Positions 49,290 through 64,000 of a stretch of DNA of 64,000 nucleotides are shown piece after piece. Source of the DNA: Eledone cirrhosa. Its lineage: Eukaryota. The notes under the pieces are model-generated. The model was not told the origin of the DNA, made no database searches, and saw only the letters and a list, made by a program, of their open reading frames with translations. Position 1 is the stretch's first letter. The number at the start of each line of letters is the position of its first letter. Both the position numbers and the translations under genes were made by a program. Location of the stretch: assembly GCA_964016885.1 (NCBI GenBank), contig OZ024741.1, positions 406,100,001-406,164,000 of the forward strand, in the 5' to 3' direction.

Positions 49290-49614
49290 ATAATATATTA
49301 AACTAGCTGACTAATCGGTTCAAATATTGTCGTCATTTTGGTGTCTTTCTCGACTCTATTTTATTACCTCAGTTGCCGAACTATCGATAATAATTCCTCA
49401 ATTTACGGACACGTCATATTTATTATCAGCTCAGTGAATAGTGTTGTTTAGCCATTTTCTCTATACACTGGTTCTGATTATTGGCTGGTGATCAATAATC
49501 AATTATATGATAAACTGATCGTTCTTATATTCTTTTCCTATCAGCTACAGTTGATTCTCACCAACATAATAAGGGAAGTTGAACTGAGTCACTGAATTAA
49601 GATTAAGATATAAT

Positions 49615-50245
49615 GGGTTCTGACTTAGGAACAAGACCAACAACTTTGGTGGGGGGAGTCGATTATATCCACCCCAGTGCATTACTGGTACTTTATTTTA
49701 TCGACATCGTAATGATGAAAGGTAAAATTAACCTCGGCGGGATTTGAACTCAAAACGTAAAGGGAGTAACTCTATGCCGTAAAGTATGGAGCCAGACGCT
49801 CTACCGACACTGCCAATCTACCGCAATAAATAATGGTTTCTACTTTTATCACAAGGCCAGCGATTATCCCAGTACATTACTGGTACTTTATTTTATCGAC
49901 CCCGTAAGGATGAAAGGCAAAGTTAACCTCGGTGGTATTTGAAGTCAGACCATAAAGGGACGTAACTCTGTGCTACAAAGCATGGTCTCAGACGCTCTAC
50001 CGACACTGCCAATCCACCGCAGTAAATAATGGTTTCTGATTCAGGAACAAGGCCAATAATTTTGGGGGAGAGGAAAGTCGATGAAATCCCACCAGTGCAT
50101 TACTGGTACTACATTTTATCGACACTGTAAGGATCAAAGGTAAAATTAACCTCAACGGGATTTGAACTCAGAACGTAAAGGGCCGTAACTCTGTGTCACC
50201 AAGCATGTTGTGCGACGCTCTACCAATTATTGCCAATCCACCGCT
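49615..50245 (-). mobile_element. Three tandem SINE family A copies
   Basis: Head-to-tail copies at ~49615-49825, 49833-50020 and 50030-50245. Confidence 0.87.
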
Positions 50246-51109
50246 CTGGGATTAAGAAATAATCAAACAGATACTAAAGTCACATGATATCTACAAATAA
50301 ATTCATTTTCGAAATAAATCTTTTAATCTTATTTCAAATATGGAAAATTGATTTAAACAAGCTTAAAATTTAAACTTGGCAAGACATACAATGTTTTCTT
50401 GTAGTTTTTGAAAGCTTTTAGTTTATATTTTGATTTTCATGTCACTAACGTGGCTAAAGATATGTGATGCTTTCAAAAAAACATTTTATTGTTTGAAGAT
50501 ATTTATATTCTGAATATAGGCGGCGAATTCGCAGAGTCGTTAGAATGTCGGACAAATTGTTTGGTGGTATTCTCGTCGGCTTTGTACTCTCTGAGTTCAA
50601 ATCTCGCCGAGGTCAACTTTGCTTTTCGTTCTTTCGAGTTAGATAAAAAAAAAAAGTACTAGTCAAGTATTGGGTCGATTCTTCCTGCATATCTCTTTCT
50701 CACTTCCGTTCTCTCACTCTCAAAAGCCTTCTCTAAAAGAAATATTTTGTAATTCAGACCTGGAGAGGAGATGGGGACCGTCAGGTTTTAAAATGCCCAA
50801 GAAACACGGCACCCCCTACGTATGTCAAAACGGCACCCCTACGACTCCCTCATCAGCTACGGAGCCACACATATAAATATAAGTTAGGCAGAATTTTCTC
50901 TAGCTCTTTACGTCCATTCAAATAACCGCCCAAGTCGGTTTAGCTTTTCATCCTTATAGGTGTCGATAAAATTATTTCCATTATGCCTAAATCGATATTA
51001 TGAATTTAAATTTAAATGTCTATTTCTATTTCAATTGAGTTATTCAACAAATTTTCTATTTTTCTATTCAGCTTTATACGACGCTTCGAAATAATTTTAT
51101 TAATAATGA

Positions 51110-51780
51110 TTCCTAGTATAGGCACAAGGCCAGTAATTTTGGGGGAGGGAAAAGTCGATTAAATCGACCCCAGTATGTTACTAGTGTTTTATTTTATCAA
51201 CCCCGTAAGGATGAAAGGCAAAGTTAACCTTGGTGGGATTTGAACTCAGACCGTAAAGAGACTAACTTATTAATAATTGTTTCTACTTTTGGCACAAGGC
51301 CAGCAATTACCCAGTGCATTACTGGTACTTTATTTTATCAATCCCGTAAGGATGAAAGGCAAAGTTAACCTCGACGGGATTTGAACTCAGACCGTAAAGG
51401 GACATAACTATGCTAGAAAGCATGGTGTCTAACCCTCTACCGATACTGCCAATTCTCCGCCCTTATTAATAGTGGTCACCGCTATGTGGAAAGGATCCTG
51501 GAAGGGGTCGGAAGGAAGCAAACCTTCACAATGAATTACCATTTCAGAAAACTTAATAAAAACTCGATAAAAATTGGTGTCAAATGTTTTGGTTACTGTT
51601 ACACTTTTACCTCGGTCAACCATGATTGAGCAAACATATAGTAACCATACTATGTAGGGGTAACTACGACTACATTAAATGGCTTCTCATTTAGGCACAA
51701 GGCAAACAAATTTGGGGTGGAAGGGAAAGTTGATTAAATCGACCCCAGTGCGATTCTGGTACTTTATTTTATCGATTCCG
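51110..51780 (-). mobile_element. SINE family A copies (~51110-51260, 51278-51462, 51680-51780)
   Basis: Core motif and B box. Confidence 0.83.
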
Positions 51781-51907
51781 TAGTTGGAGCCATTTCATTT
51801 CACTTTAGAAAAGCATGAATCTCACAGTTTATTACAGTGTCATGCCATTCATTAGCTTGACCTTTTGAGATCAGTGATATCCATGAATGGGTGATTAGCT
51901 TCATTGA

Positions 51908-51991
51908 TTTGTATACAAGTGTATACAATTTGTATACATGTGTATACATGTGTATACAAAGTATATACATTTGTATACACTTTGTATACAT
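51908..51991. repeat. 10-bp minisatellite of the palindrome TGTATACA
   Basis: About eight units of TGTATACAnn. Confidence 0.85.
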
Positions 51992-52200
51992 GTGAAGGCG
52001 CATGGCTTAGTAGTTAAAGCATTGGGCTTGCAATCGAAAGGTTGTGAGTTCAGTTCTCGGACCGGGTGATGTGTTTTTTCCTTGAGCAAGACACTTTATT
52101 TCACGTTGCTCCAGTTTACTCAGCTGTAGAAATGAGATGATAGGACTGGGGTCCCTATCATTAAATCACCCAAGACACCTCCAACGAGATATACCTTGGA
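51992..52200 (+). mobile_element. CORE-type tRNA SINE (family B)
   Basis: tRNA-like head plus CCTTGAGCAAGACACTT; matches the reverse complement of 13864-14068. Confidence 0.85.
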
Positions 52201-52937
52201 GGAGGCCAGCTAAACCTGCATAGGTGTGAGTTGTCACACACAACACTCCCATAGGTGTGAGCTGTCACACACACACACACATACAAGAGCGTCAGAAGGA
52301 ACATAAATTTGTGTCTGGCTGCACTCGCTAGAAATTTAAGCAAAGATTACCTTGCTGCTAAAGATAGAGTACTATACATAAACATATTTCTCAAACAGTA
52401 ATAATATTATCTACATATTTCCAAAAGAAAGGATTTATTGCCAATTTACTATAATATCCTAAGTAAGGGGCAACTGTGTCGATAAGCCGCCTGTCAGCTA
52501 AATATATAGATGGGGGCGAATGATGGCTTTTATGCTGAAATTGGCGCTGTTCAGTGGGATAAAGCAAAGATATTAAACACCCAGTATTCCAATCATGTAA
52601 TAAGGAGAACGGCTTATAATGTATAATTAAGGAGTGAACCATTAACTTACAGTGGTGAATTGAATTCCCTGACCAGATTAACATAGATTTGAAAGGGAAG
52701 AGTTGGATCAAGCTGACATTTCATAGATTCACTACATGAAGACAAAGTATTTGTTGATATCAAGTTGATCCAATGATTATTCAGAATTTATCTTTGCCAA
52801 TATTTTGTATTGCTTTCTTAACCAAACAATAAAGAATTCCTGGATAGATATTCATCTAAAAGTAATAAGAATCCATCTTTTCTTTCAGAACACTCTTCTA
52901 TGCGAAAATAACGTCCTTCGATTGAAATAAATAAAGG

Positions 52938-54175
52938 CAATCTCAATTTATCAGATTACTAAACATAAAATGACTGTAGATTTCTCAAATTACCACAATA
53001 CTCAGATGCCATTTTCTCATTCACGAGCGTCGTGAGGAATTTTCTCTTTTATTACACAGAATATTTGCCAGGTTACCAATAGACATTTTTAGCGATTAAA
53101 AAGGCTAGAATTGATTTATCGTAAAAAGTTAGTGGTCGTTTTAGACAATTGCTATTCGACATTCTTCAGCTACATTCCCGCTGATATAAAATTCTAAGTA
53201 AATCAATATTATTTCCGTATATATCTTGCTGATGATCGAGGAGGAAAGGTATGTCAAAGAAATATGTAGTTTCTCTTAATATATTATTTAACTTAGCTTA
53301 AGAGAAAAGAAATATGAAAAGTAACGCATTCCTTGGAAAGAGAAAAACCTACAAACGTGGGCGCAATCATAGCTGTGTGGTTAAGCAGATAGCTTCGCAG
53401 TCACCTAGTTGAGGGTTCTATCTAGGATGACTGATGCTATATGAGGGGAATTTGGTAAACTGAAATCACTATAGACGATTAATCATTTACTGTTCTTGGA
53501 AAGTCAAGTATTTGGCATGACATGCGGCGAATTGGCAGAATCGTTAGAGCGTCTGATGGAGTGCTTTGCGCTGTTCGTTTCGACTCTCTGCACTCTGAGT
53601 TCAAATTCATCTAAGGTCAACTTTGCTTTTCATCCATTTGTGGTCGACAAAAATATACCCCAGGAGTAACGGGACCATGTATGCCTTCAACTCTACGTCA
53701 ACTCTACTCCAATTCCACATCCAGTGACACTGCATCAGTCACTCCAATCTATTTCAATTTATCAGATTACTAAACATAAAATGACTGTAGATTTCTCAAA
53801 TTACCACAATACTCAGATGCCATTTTCTCATTCACGAGCGTCGTGAGGAATTTTCTCTTTTATTACACAGAATATTTGCCAGGTTACCAATAGACATTTT
53901 TAGCGATTAAAAAGGCTAGAATTGATTTATCGTAAAAAGTTAGTGGTCGTTAGTGGCGAATTGGCAGAATCGTTAGAGCGTCTGATGGAGTGCTTTGCGC
54001 TGTTCGTTTCGACTCTCTGCACTCTGAGTTCAAATTCTTCTAAGGTCAACTTTGCTTTTCATCCATTTGTGGTCGACAAAAATATACCCCAGGAGTAACG
54101 GGACCATGTATGCCTTCAACTCTACGTCAACTCTACTCCAATTCCACATCCAGTGACACTGCATCAGTCACTCCA
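52938..54175 (+). repeat. Local duplication A-X-B-A'-B'
   Basis: A 52943-53140 matches A' 53754-53951, and B 53526-53746 matches B' 53955-54175. Confidence 0.92.
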
Positions 54176-55159
54176 CTTTTATAGAAGAGGACAGCAGTTC
54201 GAAAACCTAGGACATCAGAATGAAATCAATATTGATTTGAAAGTGCGCAGTGGATTGTCAGAACCGGTAGAGTGTCGGTGAAAATGCCTTGCGTAGTTAA
54301 TTGTGACTTCTTAAGCTCTGACTTCAAAACCCGCCATATAAACTCTGTTTTTCATCCTACGAGGGTCGATAAAATAAAATATCAATCAAGTACTGTTATA
54401 GATTTAATTTTAATCGATCACAGCCTTCTCACTATATTTGTAACTATATTATAATCAATAATACTTTCAAGTACGAAGTAGAATATCTCACGGGCGAATC
54501 ACCTCACAGACTGGGCTGTAGAGCCTGTCCCTCCCTTGTATATTGTATCATAATTAGATATTTATTTCATGTTTTATACAATATATCGCAATAAAACTTA
54601 ATTTATAGATATTAGTGAAATTTTCAAATTATAATTACAAACCATTTTATTAATTTAATATAAGAAAAAATAATATGATTTTATATTGTTTTTATTTTTG
54701 AAATTCAATAGATTGATATAAATGACTTGACTAAGCAATGATAATATTCTGACTTTTAATCAGCTACATAAGATATCGAGAGATATACACTCGTATGGGT
54801 TCCTTATCATGTAGAAAGAATAATCTTCTTAGTACGCACACAGTAGCGTGTGATTGTGTATAACAAACTAAAATAGACTCAAGTACTTAAAATAATTGTT
54901 TCTACTATTGGCATAAGGCCAGCAATTACCCAGTACATTACTGGTACTTTATTTTATCGACCCCGTAAAGATGAAAGGCAAAGTTAACCACGGCGGGATT
55001 TGAACTCAGAATGGAAAGGGCTGTAACTCTTTGTATCAAATAATGTTCTCAAGTCAAGTTCTCATATTGACATTTTCTTACTTTTTATAAGAATGATACT
55101 CTCTCCAAATGCCTTTGTACCTCTATCAAGATTTTGATTTCAAAATCACAGTTTATACC

Positions 55160-55354
55160 CAGACCTGTCAACCCTCCCCGTCCAATAGGGACATCTCCCA
55201 CCCACTTTGAGGTGGGTGACAGATGTCTTCTCTTGTGAAAAGGGTATAGTTTTCATTATGTAAAATCTACCCATTTTGCCTCAATTTCACCTCGTTTTAG
55301 GGTACTTTTTTTCATGGTACTTCCCGTTTGGGTTTTTATAGGTTGTCAGATCTG
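55160..55354. mobile_element. MITE, copy 2, with 7-bp TSD TTATACC
   Basis: TTATACC|CAGACCTGTCAAC...GTTGTCAGATCTG|TTATACC. Confidence 0.8.
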
Positions 55355-56448
55355 TTATACCAGTATTCATTCTGATCATTTTTGTCAAGATCTTTATTTC
55401 TGCCCGTCTGCGCTACCTACTTACTGATGGTTACCAAAATAAAAGTTTCGGAAACCAGTTGGTCCCGAGCCCTATGACAACGGCCAGCAAAACGTAATCT
55501 TCTCTGTTGTCTGAAATATAATTAAAACAAAAAAAGAACATTTTCAGAACATAGTGATTTCCAATTTAGGAACATGGCCAGCAATATTTCGTTTCTTTTT
55601 TTTTGGGGGGGGGGGGGGGGGGGCAAAATTGATTACATCAACACCAGTAGTTGACTGGTACTTTATTTTATCAACTGCGGAAGGCGGGTGGCTGAATGGT
55701 AAGAGAATTGGATTCGCAATCGTGAGGTTGTGATTTCGATTTCCTGATCGGATGATACGTTATGTCCGTGAGCAAGACACTTTATTTCACGTTGCTCCTT
55801 CTTCATGGAGTTGCGACCGATAATAGCAATTAGAAAGACCCATAGAAACATTGTTTCCTCGGTCTGATTTGACGAAAGTCGATTGACTGACGAAGGATGA
55901 AAAACACAGTTAACCTTGGCAAGATTTAAACTAACTAAAGTCTATTAAACTATATATAGTAGCGAAGCCAGCGGAAACCCCTTTACAATCTATCATGAAA
56001 TATCTATATGTTAACACCTGGTTGTTGATTAGACGGGGGTCTTTTTGAGGAATTTGATTGATAATAAGAAGATATCGACTTCATCGGTTCAGGAAATTAA
56101 AACCAACATTTCTTTAATGGAAAGATATTGGAAGTAATTTTAAGATTACTATCTTTTATAATGTTACGTTAGTTATTGACACTACTTCATCTAGATACTA
56201 GCTTAATTATATTTTTAGAAAATTGTGTAAAAGAAGGCTTTCTTGAAATTTGTTGCTATGTTATTTAAGTGGTATGACGTTTTAGAGTTGTTAGTTTGGC
56301 ATCGATGATAAAGTTTGGATCGAAAGTTTATTCAAATGTCTAAGATAAATACATTTGAAAGCTATAATCTTAAATATTTCCTTCGTTGCTATAGTAACAA
56401 ACTTTTTTCAGAGAAACAGTTTCTTAGATGATAATCCCTGAAAGACAA

Positions 56449-56519
<71 letters not shown>

Positions 56520-56568
56520 ATGAAATATATGAAATATAAGAATCAAAGAACTGTTCAAAACATTGTTG

Positions 56569-56615
56569 TGCTTACAGCTGTTTCCTCCAAACCGAGGTTT
56601 GGATTCTTCCGAGCA
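56569..56615 (-). ncRNA. Minimal type I hammerhead, CGGAAGA (U4G) core
   Basis: TGCT-CGGAAGA-a-TCCAAAC ctcg GTTTGGA-g-GAAA-CAGCTG-TA-AGCA. Confidence 0.82.
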
Positions 56616-58063
56616 ATTTATTAATGAATGGACAGTTATATGACCTCCTTTTCAGCCAAGAGACATACCGATACATATGCAAATATTGTGGGTCAACATT
56701 CATTACAGCATTTAGAGTGGCAGTACACACTTCGAGATTACATTCATATTAAAAGGTACAATCAAAAATCAAAAATACAGGTTAAAATACAACATGAAGA
56801 TAAGCGGTTATATAATGCAAATGTTATATGTGTGGCAAGCACGTGCGTCTTGTTTATATAGTGTGGCAGAGAGTTACGTGTAGTAGGGGCACTTAGGTAG
56901 GTGAACAAGAATGTTAGGTTGGTTGATCTGGTGGCAAATTCTTTATATGATTGTTATAGTCTGTGTGTGGAGAAATGATATAAGCATTAAAAATAGTGCA
57001 AGCATTAAAAATATTAAAAGTATTGGAGATGCACAGCGAAGGGATGACAAGTACTTCATGTACTTCGACATTTTCATGGTCAGGGGAGTGTATTTTTCGA
57101 TTATATGCCCCTCACATAATCCACGACAATTCGATATTGAGCGTTTGACAATCCAGTTAGAGAATCGTAGTCTGATGTTCTTTAGTTCAATACAGGAGGC
57201 TGTTACGTTTCGAGAAACGACATTGAATACTACCCGGAAGTGTGTGTGTGGCTAAGGGGAGTTAATGCATGAGGGGAGGTAACTCCGGGGTTTCCATACC
57301 TAGCTATTGAAATGTGTCTCAATATAGACCCTAATTTCTATGGTTATGCGCAACTTCCAAAAAATTTCTAAAGCATAAAGTGTTTTAACTATAGAGTAGT
57401 TTATTAAGTTGTGCTGAAGGTGTTCGTATTATTATGGTGAATTAACCCCCATCGTAGGGTGCCACAAATGAATATTATAGACGATGAGCGAGGATTCTAA
57501 ATTAATGATCTCTGTGATTGTAGTCTACTCATAGGACCAGGCGCGGTGATTGCAGAATCACTTCAAGACACAATGATCTCTGGTAAGTTCTGGGTCATCG
57601 CTTGCTACATTGGATGTCGAAAGATAAACATCACCAGGGCCGGCCAGAGGTCAATCCGCAGTCCTCATGACCCCTCTCTGACCGTCAAATCATCCATATA
57701 TATACAACCCGCACGCCAGTTGCAATAATTCATTCTCTGCACTCAGCGTCCTGGTCCTACTGCTCAACAGCGTTACTAGATTAAATCGTTTTTCATCTGT
57801 CTAAGGAAGGCACATCCTCCGCACAACACTACCAAACCAATCAATTCATGCTTAAATTACCTATAGAGCGGTGTAGTGCAGTTCAAGTGGGTGGATGTTG
57901 TCACACTTAACGTAGAGGTATAAATGGGTATTCTCCCTGCGGAGGATTCCAGAGGGATGTCGTTGTTTGTGTTATATTAGATCAGTTAGTGTTGGGTATG
58001 TGGTATAAGGTGTGCCCCTGGTGTTTGATGCTAGATGTGGTGTTTGGTTCAAGTCCGACATTG

Positions 58064-59852
58064 CTATATATTGGGCTTAAAGTTTTGGAAGGAATGTCTG
58101 AAGCGGTGCTGGCAAGTTGCAAACACCTCAGATTTTTTGTTAAGTAGGTTACGGTTGGAGAAGATAATATTGTGGGTCTCTAGTATACAGAGGTTACAAA
58201 ATTTATTAGGTGGTTTGTACGAAGTCGCGCTGCCTATCACTTCCCATTTGAGTGTGTATGGTTTATTTTTAGTTTTTAGATAGTGTATGTAGCTAGATAG
58301 TGAGGTGGAGTTGGCTAGGCTGTGCTTTTTGAACGAGTGGATGTGCGAATTATATCTGATTTTGAAGCAGTTAGAAGTGGATCCTACATAGGTTTCTGAA
58401 GAGTTGCTAGTTGTGACGGTGCATGAGTATATGATATCCTTGGTTAGGCATGTTTTATCTAAAGGGGAGGTTCTATTAGCTCTACAGTTACAATTATCCT
58501 GTGTGTTTGTCTGCTGGTTATAATGCAGTGCGGAAGTCTGGGTGGTAGCTATAGGATTTTGGACATTCGGGTTGTCAGCCCCGGTGTTATTTCTTATACT
58601 AGTGTTATTTCTATTGTTACTGCCGTTACTATGGCTGCTTGCTACAGAGGTATTTAGAAGGTTTGCATCCTGTTGTGATTTCGTTTGTTGGAAGTAAGAA
58701 TTAATTTTACTTTTATTGCTGCTAGTTATGTGGTATGCTAAGTTAGGCGTCGTAGAGTATGAGATTTTAATAGTGTTTTTGTTTAACAGGTTGTGGTACT
58801 TGTGTCCTAGAGGGAAGTTTTTATCTAGTAGTGGGAAGAAAGCCCTAGGTATGTTGGTGGAGACATTTAGGTTGAAAGGAGGGTTGAAAAATGAATTATT
58901 TCTTTTTCTATTTTTGTTTTTAGTGTTTGGTGTGTTGTTTCTTCCTAAGGCACCACAGTAGTTTCCGTGGTAATGGTTACTTCTGGTGGCACCCTCCGCT
59001 TTGGTGTACTTGTGGTCGCTATTCCTATTATTAGGTTTCCACATGGACATGTTGTGCGAGATGATGTTGTAGCTATGTGTTTTCTTAGGTAGGAACTCAA
59101 TTTCTATATTATGGCCGGATCTAGCTAATGCCTGATTGTAATATTGTGAGTTTTTGCTAAATATGTTTGCGTCATAGGACAGACTAGAGATTCTATTGGA
59201 TACCCCCTTAGAGATAGAGTTTAATATTGATCTAGGGTGATTAGACTTGGTATCTACGTAAATGAGTTTTTCGTTAGGCTTATGGAAAGGTGTATATATT
59301 TTTGAGTCTAGGTATAGTGTGGCGTCTAGGAAGTTAACATTTTTAGTGTTTTTGTCCATGGTGATACTAAGGTTAAAGTTTTTGAATGTCTTATGCAATT
59401 GTTTTCTAGTTCTTTCTATATTAATTTTTTTATATTCTATAAGTAGAAGTGCATCATCGCGGTACAAACCACCGTTGAGGTAAGGGAGGTCCTTATGGAT
59501 TTCAATGAGAAGGTATAGACCGACCAAATCAGTGACCTGCGCCGAGTCACTAGATCCCATGGTTATGTCGAAGTTGTTGTGCGTATCCTTGCGTGTCCAT
59601 AGTTGGTCCTCGAAGGTGATTATGGTTTTACGGGCCGCAAGGATGACATCAATCTGGGCTCTAGTCAGGTCGCTATTGTTCATGGCCATGATAAGTGCCT
59701 TATTTAATAGGATAGGGGAAATAGAGGTGTAGTATGAATTGATATCAAATTGAATAAATTTTTTGTCCTTATTATTCTTGATATCTTTGAACCATTCAAT
59801 CACTTCACCCGTATTTCCCCATTGTTTAAGGTGTATCTTGTGTTTAATTTGT
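58064..59852 (-). CDS. PLE2 RT + GIY-YIG, N-terminally truncated at the inversion junction
   Basis: FDINSYY, MGS, YRDD, FLD, CNC, IIYSC..YVG..FKIRY..H, CNLC..E and LLNKKSE..CQH. Homology continues upstream of 59803 (KQWGNTGEVIEWF). Confidence 0.9.
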
Positions 59853-60472
59853 GGGTAGTATTCAATGTCGTTTCTCGAAACATAACAGCCTCCTGTATTG
59901 AACTAAAGAACATCAGACTACGATTCTCTAACTGGATTGTCAAACGCTCAATATCGAATTGTCGTGGATTATGTGAGGGGCATATAATCGAAAAATACAC
60001 TCCCCTGACCATGAAAATGTCGAAGTACATGAAGTACTTGTCATCCCTTCGCTGTGCATCTCCAATACTTTTAATATTTTTAATGCTTGCACTATTTTTA
60101 ATGCTTATATCATTTCTCCACACACAGACTATAACAATCATATAAAGAATTTGCCAACAGATCAACCAACCTAACATTCTTGTTCACCTACCTAAGTGCT
60201 CCTACTACACGTAACTCTCTGCCACACTATATAAACAAGACGCACGTGCTTGCCACACATATAACATTTGCACTATATAACCGCTTATCTTCATGTTGTA
60301 TTTTAACCTGTATTTTTGATTTTTGATTGTACCTTTTAATATGAATGTAATCTCGAAGTGTGTACTGCCACTCTAAATGCTGTAATGAATGTTGACCCAC
60401 AATATTTGCATATGTATCGGTATGTCTCTTGGCTGAAAAGGAGGTCATATAACTGTCCATTCATTAATAAAT

Positions 60473-60519
60473 TGCTCGGAAGAATCCAAACCTCGGTTTG
60501 GAGGAAACAGCTGTAAGCA
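60473..60519 (+). ncRNA. Hammerhead, inverted copy of 56569-56615
   Basis: Identical motif on the + strand. Confidence 0.82.
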
Positions 60520-60724
60520 CAACAATGTTTTGAACAGTTCTTTGATTCTTATATTTCATATAACTGTTCTGTAAATCATCTGATGTTTTTACATTGAGCT
60601 ACTTAACTTACTGGTAATAAGGTAGTAATACATTACTGCCTACCACTATTTAGGGTTTGTATAAAAAATACATATTAACTGCAAAAGGTTTTTGTATTTA
60701 CATAACCATAAATAGTATAATTAA

Positions 60725-60780
<56 letters not shown>

Positions 60781-61181
60781 GAAATAAAAAATCTTTCAAG
60801 ACAACACAACTTTATTGGGTTTCTATAAAGGTAGAGGCAAATGAACAGGATGTCTGTATTATTAAATGATATTGTGATTGTTTGATATGGATATATCGAT
60901 GTTATAAAACGGTGTTTCTTTCTCTGCAGACTAAAGTGCGGTGGTGGTGGTGGTGGTGTAGGAGGTGTAGTAGTCGGTGCTGGACGTAAACAAGTCACGT
61001 AGAACACTTCAAGTGGCGCCATCAACGTGAGAAGAATTGTTCGGATAAAAGCGTTTGAAATACAACACTGAAAAGAGACAAGAAAACAGAAGTACAAAGG
61101 TTAAACAATAAATATATATATATATTTTTTTTTTGCAAGCCACAATAATTATTTATTTACAATAGTTTATAACTTTGCCTA

Positions 61182-61440
61182 TTAATCCGTATGGTGAGCA
61201 AATGGGGTCCCACGTGACAGGATGGAGAAGGCGTTTCCCGGCGGACAGGATGGAGAAGGCGTTTCCCCGGAGGATGGTAAGGGAGATACGCTGGAAGAGC
61301 CATTCCAACTCGCGAGCTCACACCTTCGGCTGGCTAGCTCAGCGCCTATGATGGTGAATAGGGAGGTAGCCCTAGGGTCAAGGATACCAGAAGTCTCCAC
61401 TACCAAGGGCACCACCGCGAACCTGTCGGAGAGCGACCGA
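61182..61440 (-). mobile_element. CRE-type (RLE) LINE 3' relic
   Basis: FAVVPLVVETSG..IG followed, across a frameshift, by LEWLFQRISLTILRGNAFSIL. An internal ~27-bp duplication is at 61218-61270. Confidence 0.72.
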
Positions 61441-61694
61441 AAAACTGTCGTTGTTGAGTTAATATTTTTTATATTATATTTGAATTTTGTCACGTTTTAA
61501 ATTAAATGAAAAAGAGTATTTTGTCTGGTATATATTTTAATTGTAATGGACACTTTAGTAAGTTTAATAGCCACTACTATTGATATTTATAATAGACCAA
61601 GTAGAAAGTAATTTTAGAAAATGTCGGAATTATGCATTGTTAAAAGCATAGGAAAATCACAGAATTGTATCATATTTATATACACATACACATG

Positions 61695-61767
<73 letters not shown>

Positions 61768-61792
61768 GTATATATATGTATATATATGTATA

Positions 61793-62256
<464 letters not shown>

Positions 62257-62287
62257 GATAGAGAATATCGATACACACACACACACT

Positions 62288-63418
<1,131 letters not shown>

Positions 63419-63515
63419 TTGAGGTTGGTAATGGCACATGGAATATATAAGAGACAGAATACTTTTTTGTGAAAAAACATAATTTTATAAGGTAAGGAAA
63501 TAATAAAGGGTATAA

Positions 63516-63563
63516 AAAATGACCGGTTTCGATGGGTCTGCAAAAGCCATCTTTTCAAATGTT
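63516..63563 (-). ncRNA. Minimal hammerhead with U3-A8 variant core (TTGAAAA)
   Basis: AACAT-TTGAAAA-GATGG..CCATC-GAAA-CCGG-TC-ATTTT, with one mismatch in stem I. Confidence 0.65.
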
Positions 63564-63604
63564 GATTAATATTAAGAAAAATTAATAATACGAAGAGTTA
63601 AAAT

Positions 63605-64000
<396 letters not shown>

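Larger units (their letters stand above)
56511..60728 (-). mobile_element. Naiad-type PLE2, 5'-truncated, with 710-bp inverted pLTRs (56526-57235 / 59853-60562), in (TA)n
   Basis: The ORF lies between near-identical inverted arms. (TA)n is at 56451-56512 and 60729-60777. Confidence 0.93.

Noticed and set aside
48385-51462. Regularly recurring motif as a CRISPR-like array or tRNA cluster
   Set aside because: These are tandem SINE copies with homologous bodies rather than unique spacers, and no complete cloverleaf is visible.
15598-59852. Selenocysteine (UGA) recoding or SECIS as reported for some Naiads
   Set aside because: The PLE1 and PLE2 ORFs have no in-frame TGA, and I saw no convincing SECIS.
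56628-60460. Duplicated small ORFs (77 aa; 114/125 aa) as genes
   Set aside because: They are antisense frames within the inverted pLTRs of PLE2 and have no recognisable motifs.

Overview
Eukaryotic, AT-rich DNA that is almost entirely repeats. The SINE families and microsatellite content suggest an octopod cephalopod, but that is inference. No host gene is securely identifiable. Contents: (i) seven L1/Tx1-type LINE copies on the minus strand, three of them full length but disrupted. Two sit in (TAA)n and five are stacked head-to-tail over about 16.5 kb around (GATA)n tracts. (ii) Penelope-like elements of the Naiad type (RT + GIY-YIG): one with an open 709-aa ORF, one 5'-truncated, one 3' fragment and several pLTR-only remnants, nearly all ending in (TA)n. 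Together they carry 11 type I hammerhead ribozyme motifs from about six families, with cores CAGAAGA, CGGAAGA, CTGACGA, CTGATGA, TTGACAA and TTGAAAA. (iii) RTE-BovB, R4/Dong and CRE-type LINE relics, two tRNA-derived SINE families and a MITE. Highlights: a 9-kb palindrome whose 3.3-kb arms include about 2.65 kb of copied flanking DNA around the intact Naiad; a splice-donor consensus overlapping the ORF1 stop in four divergent Tx1 copies, matched by an acceptor-like site at the ORF2 stop, which suggests ORF2 is removed as an intron; and an inverted PLE copy that starts exactly at its hammerhead cleavage site. All alignments and folds were done by eye, so boundaries may be off by a few bases.
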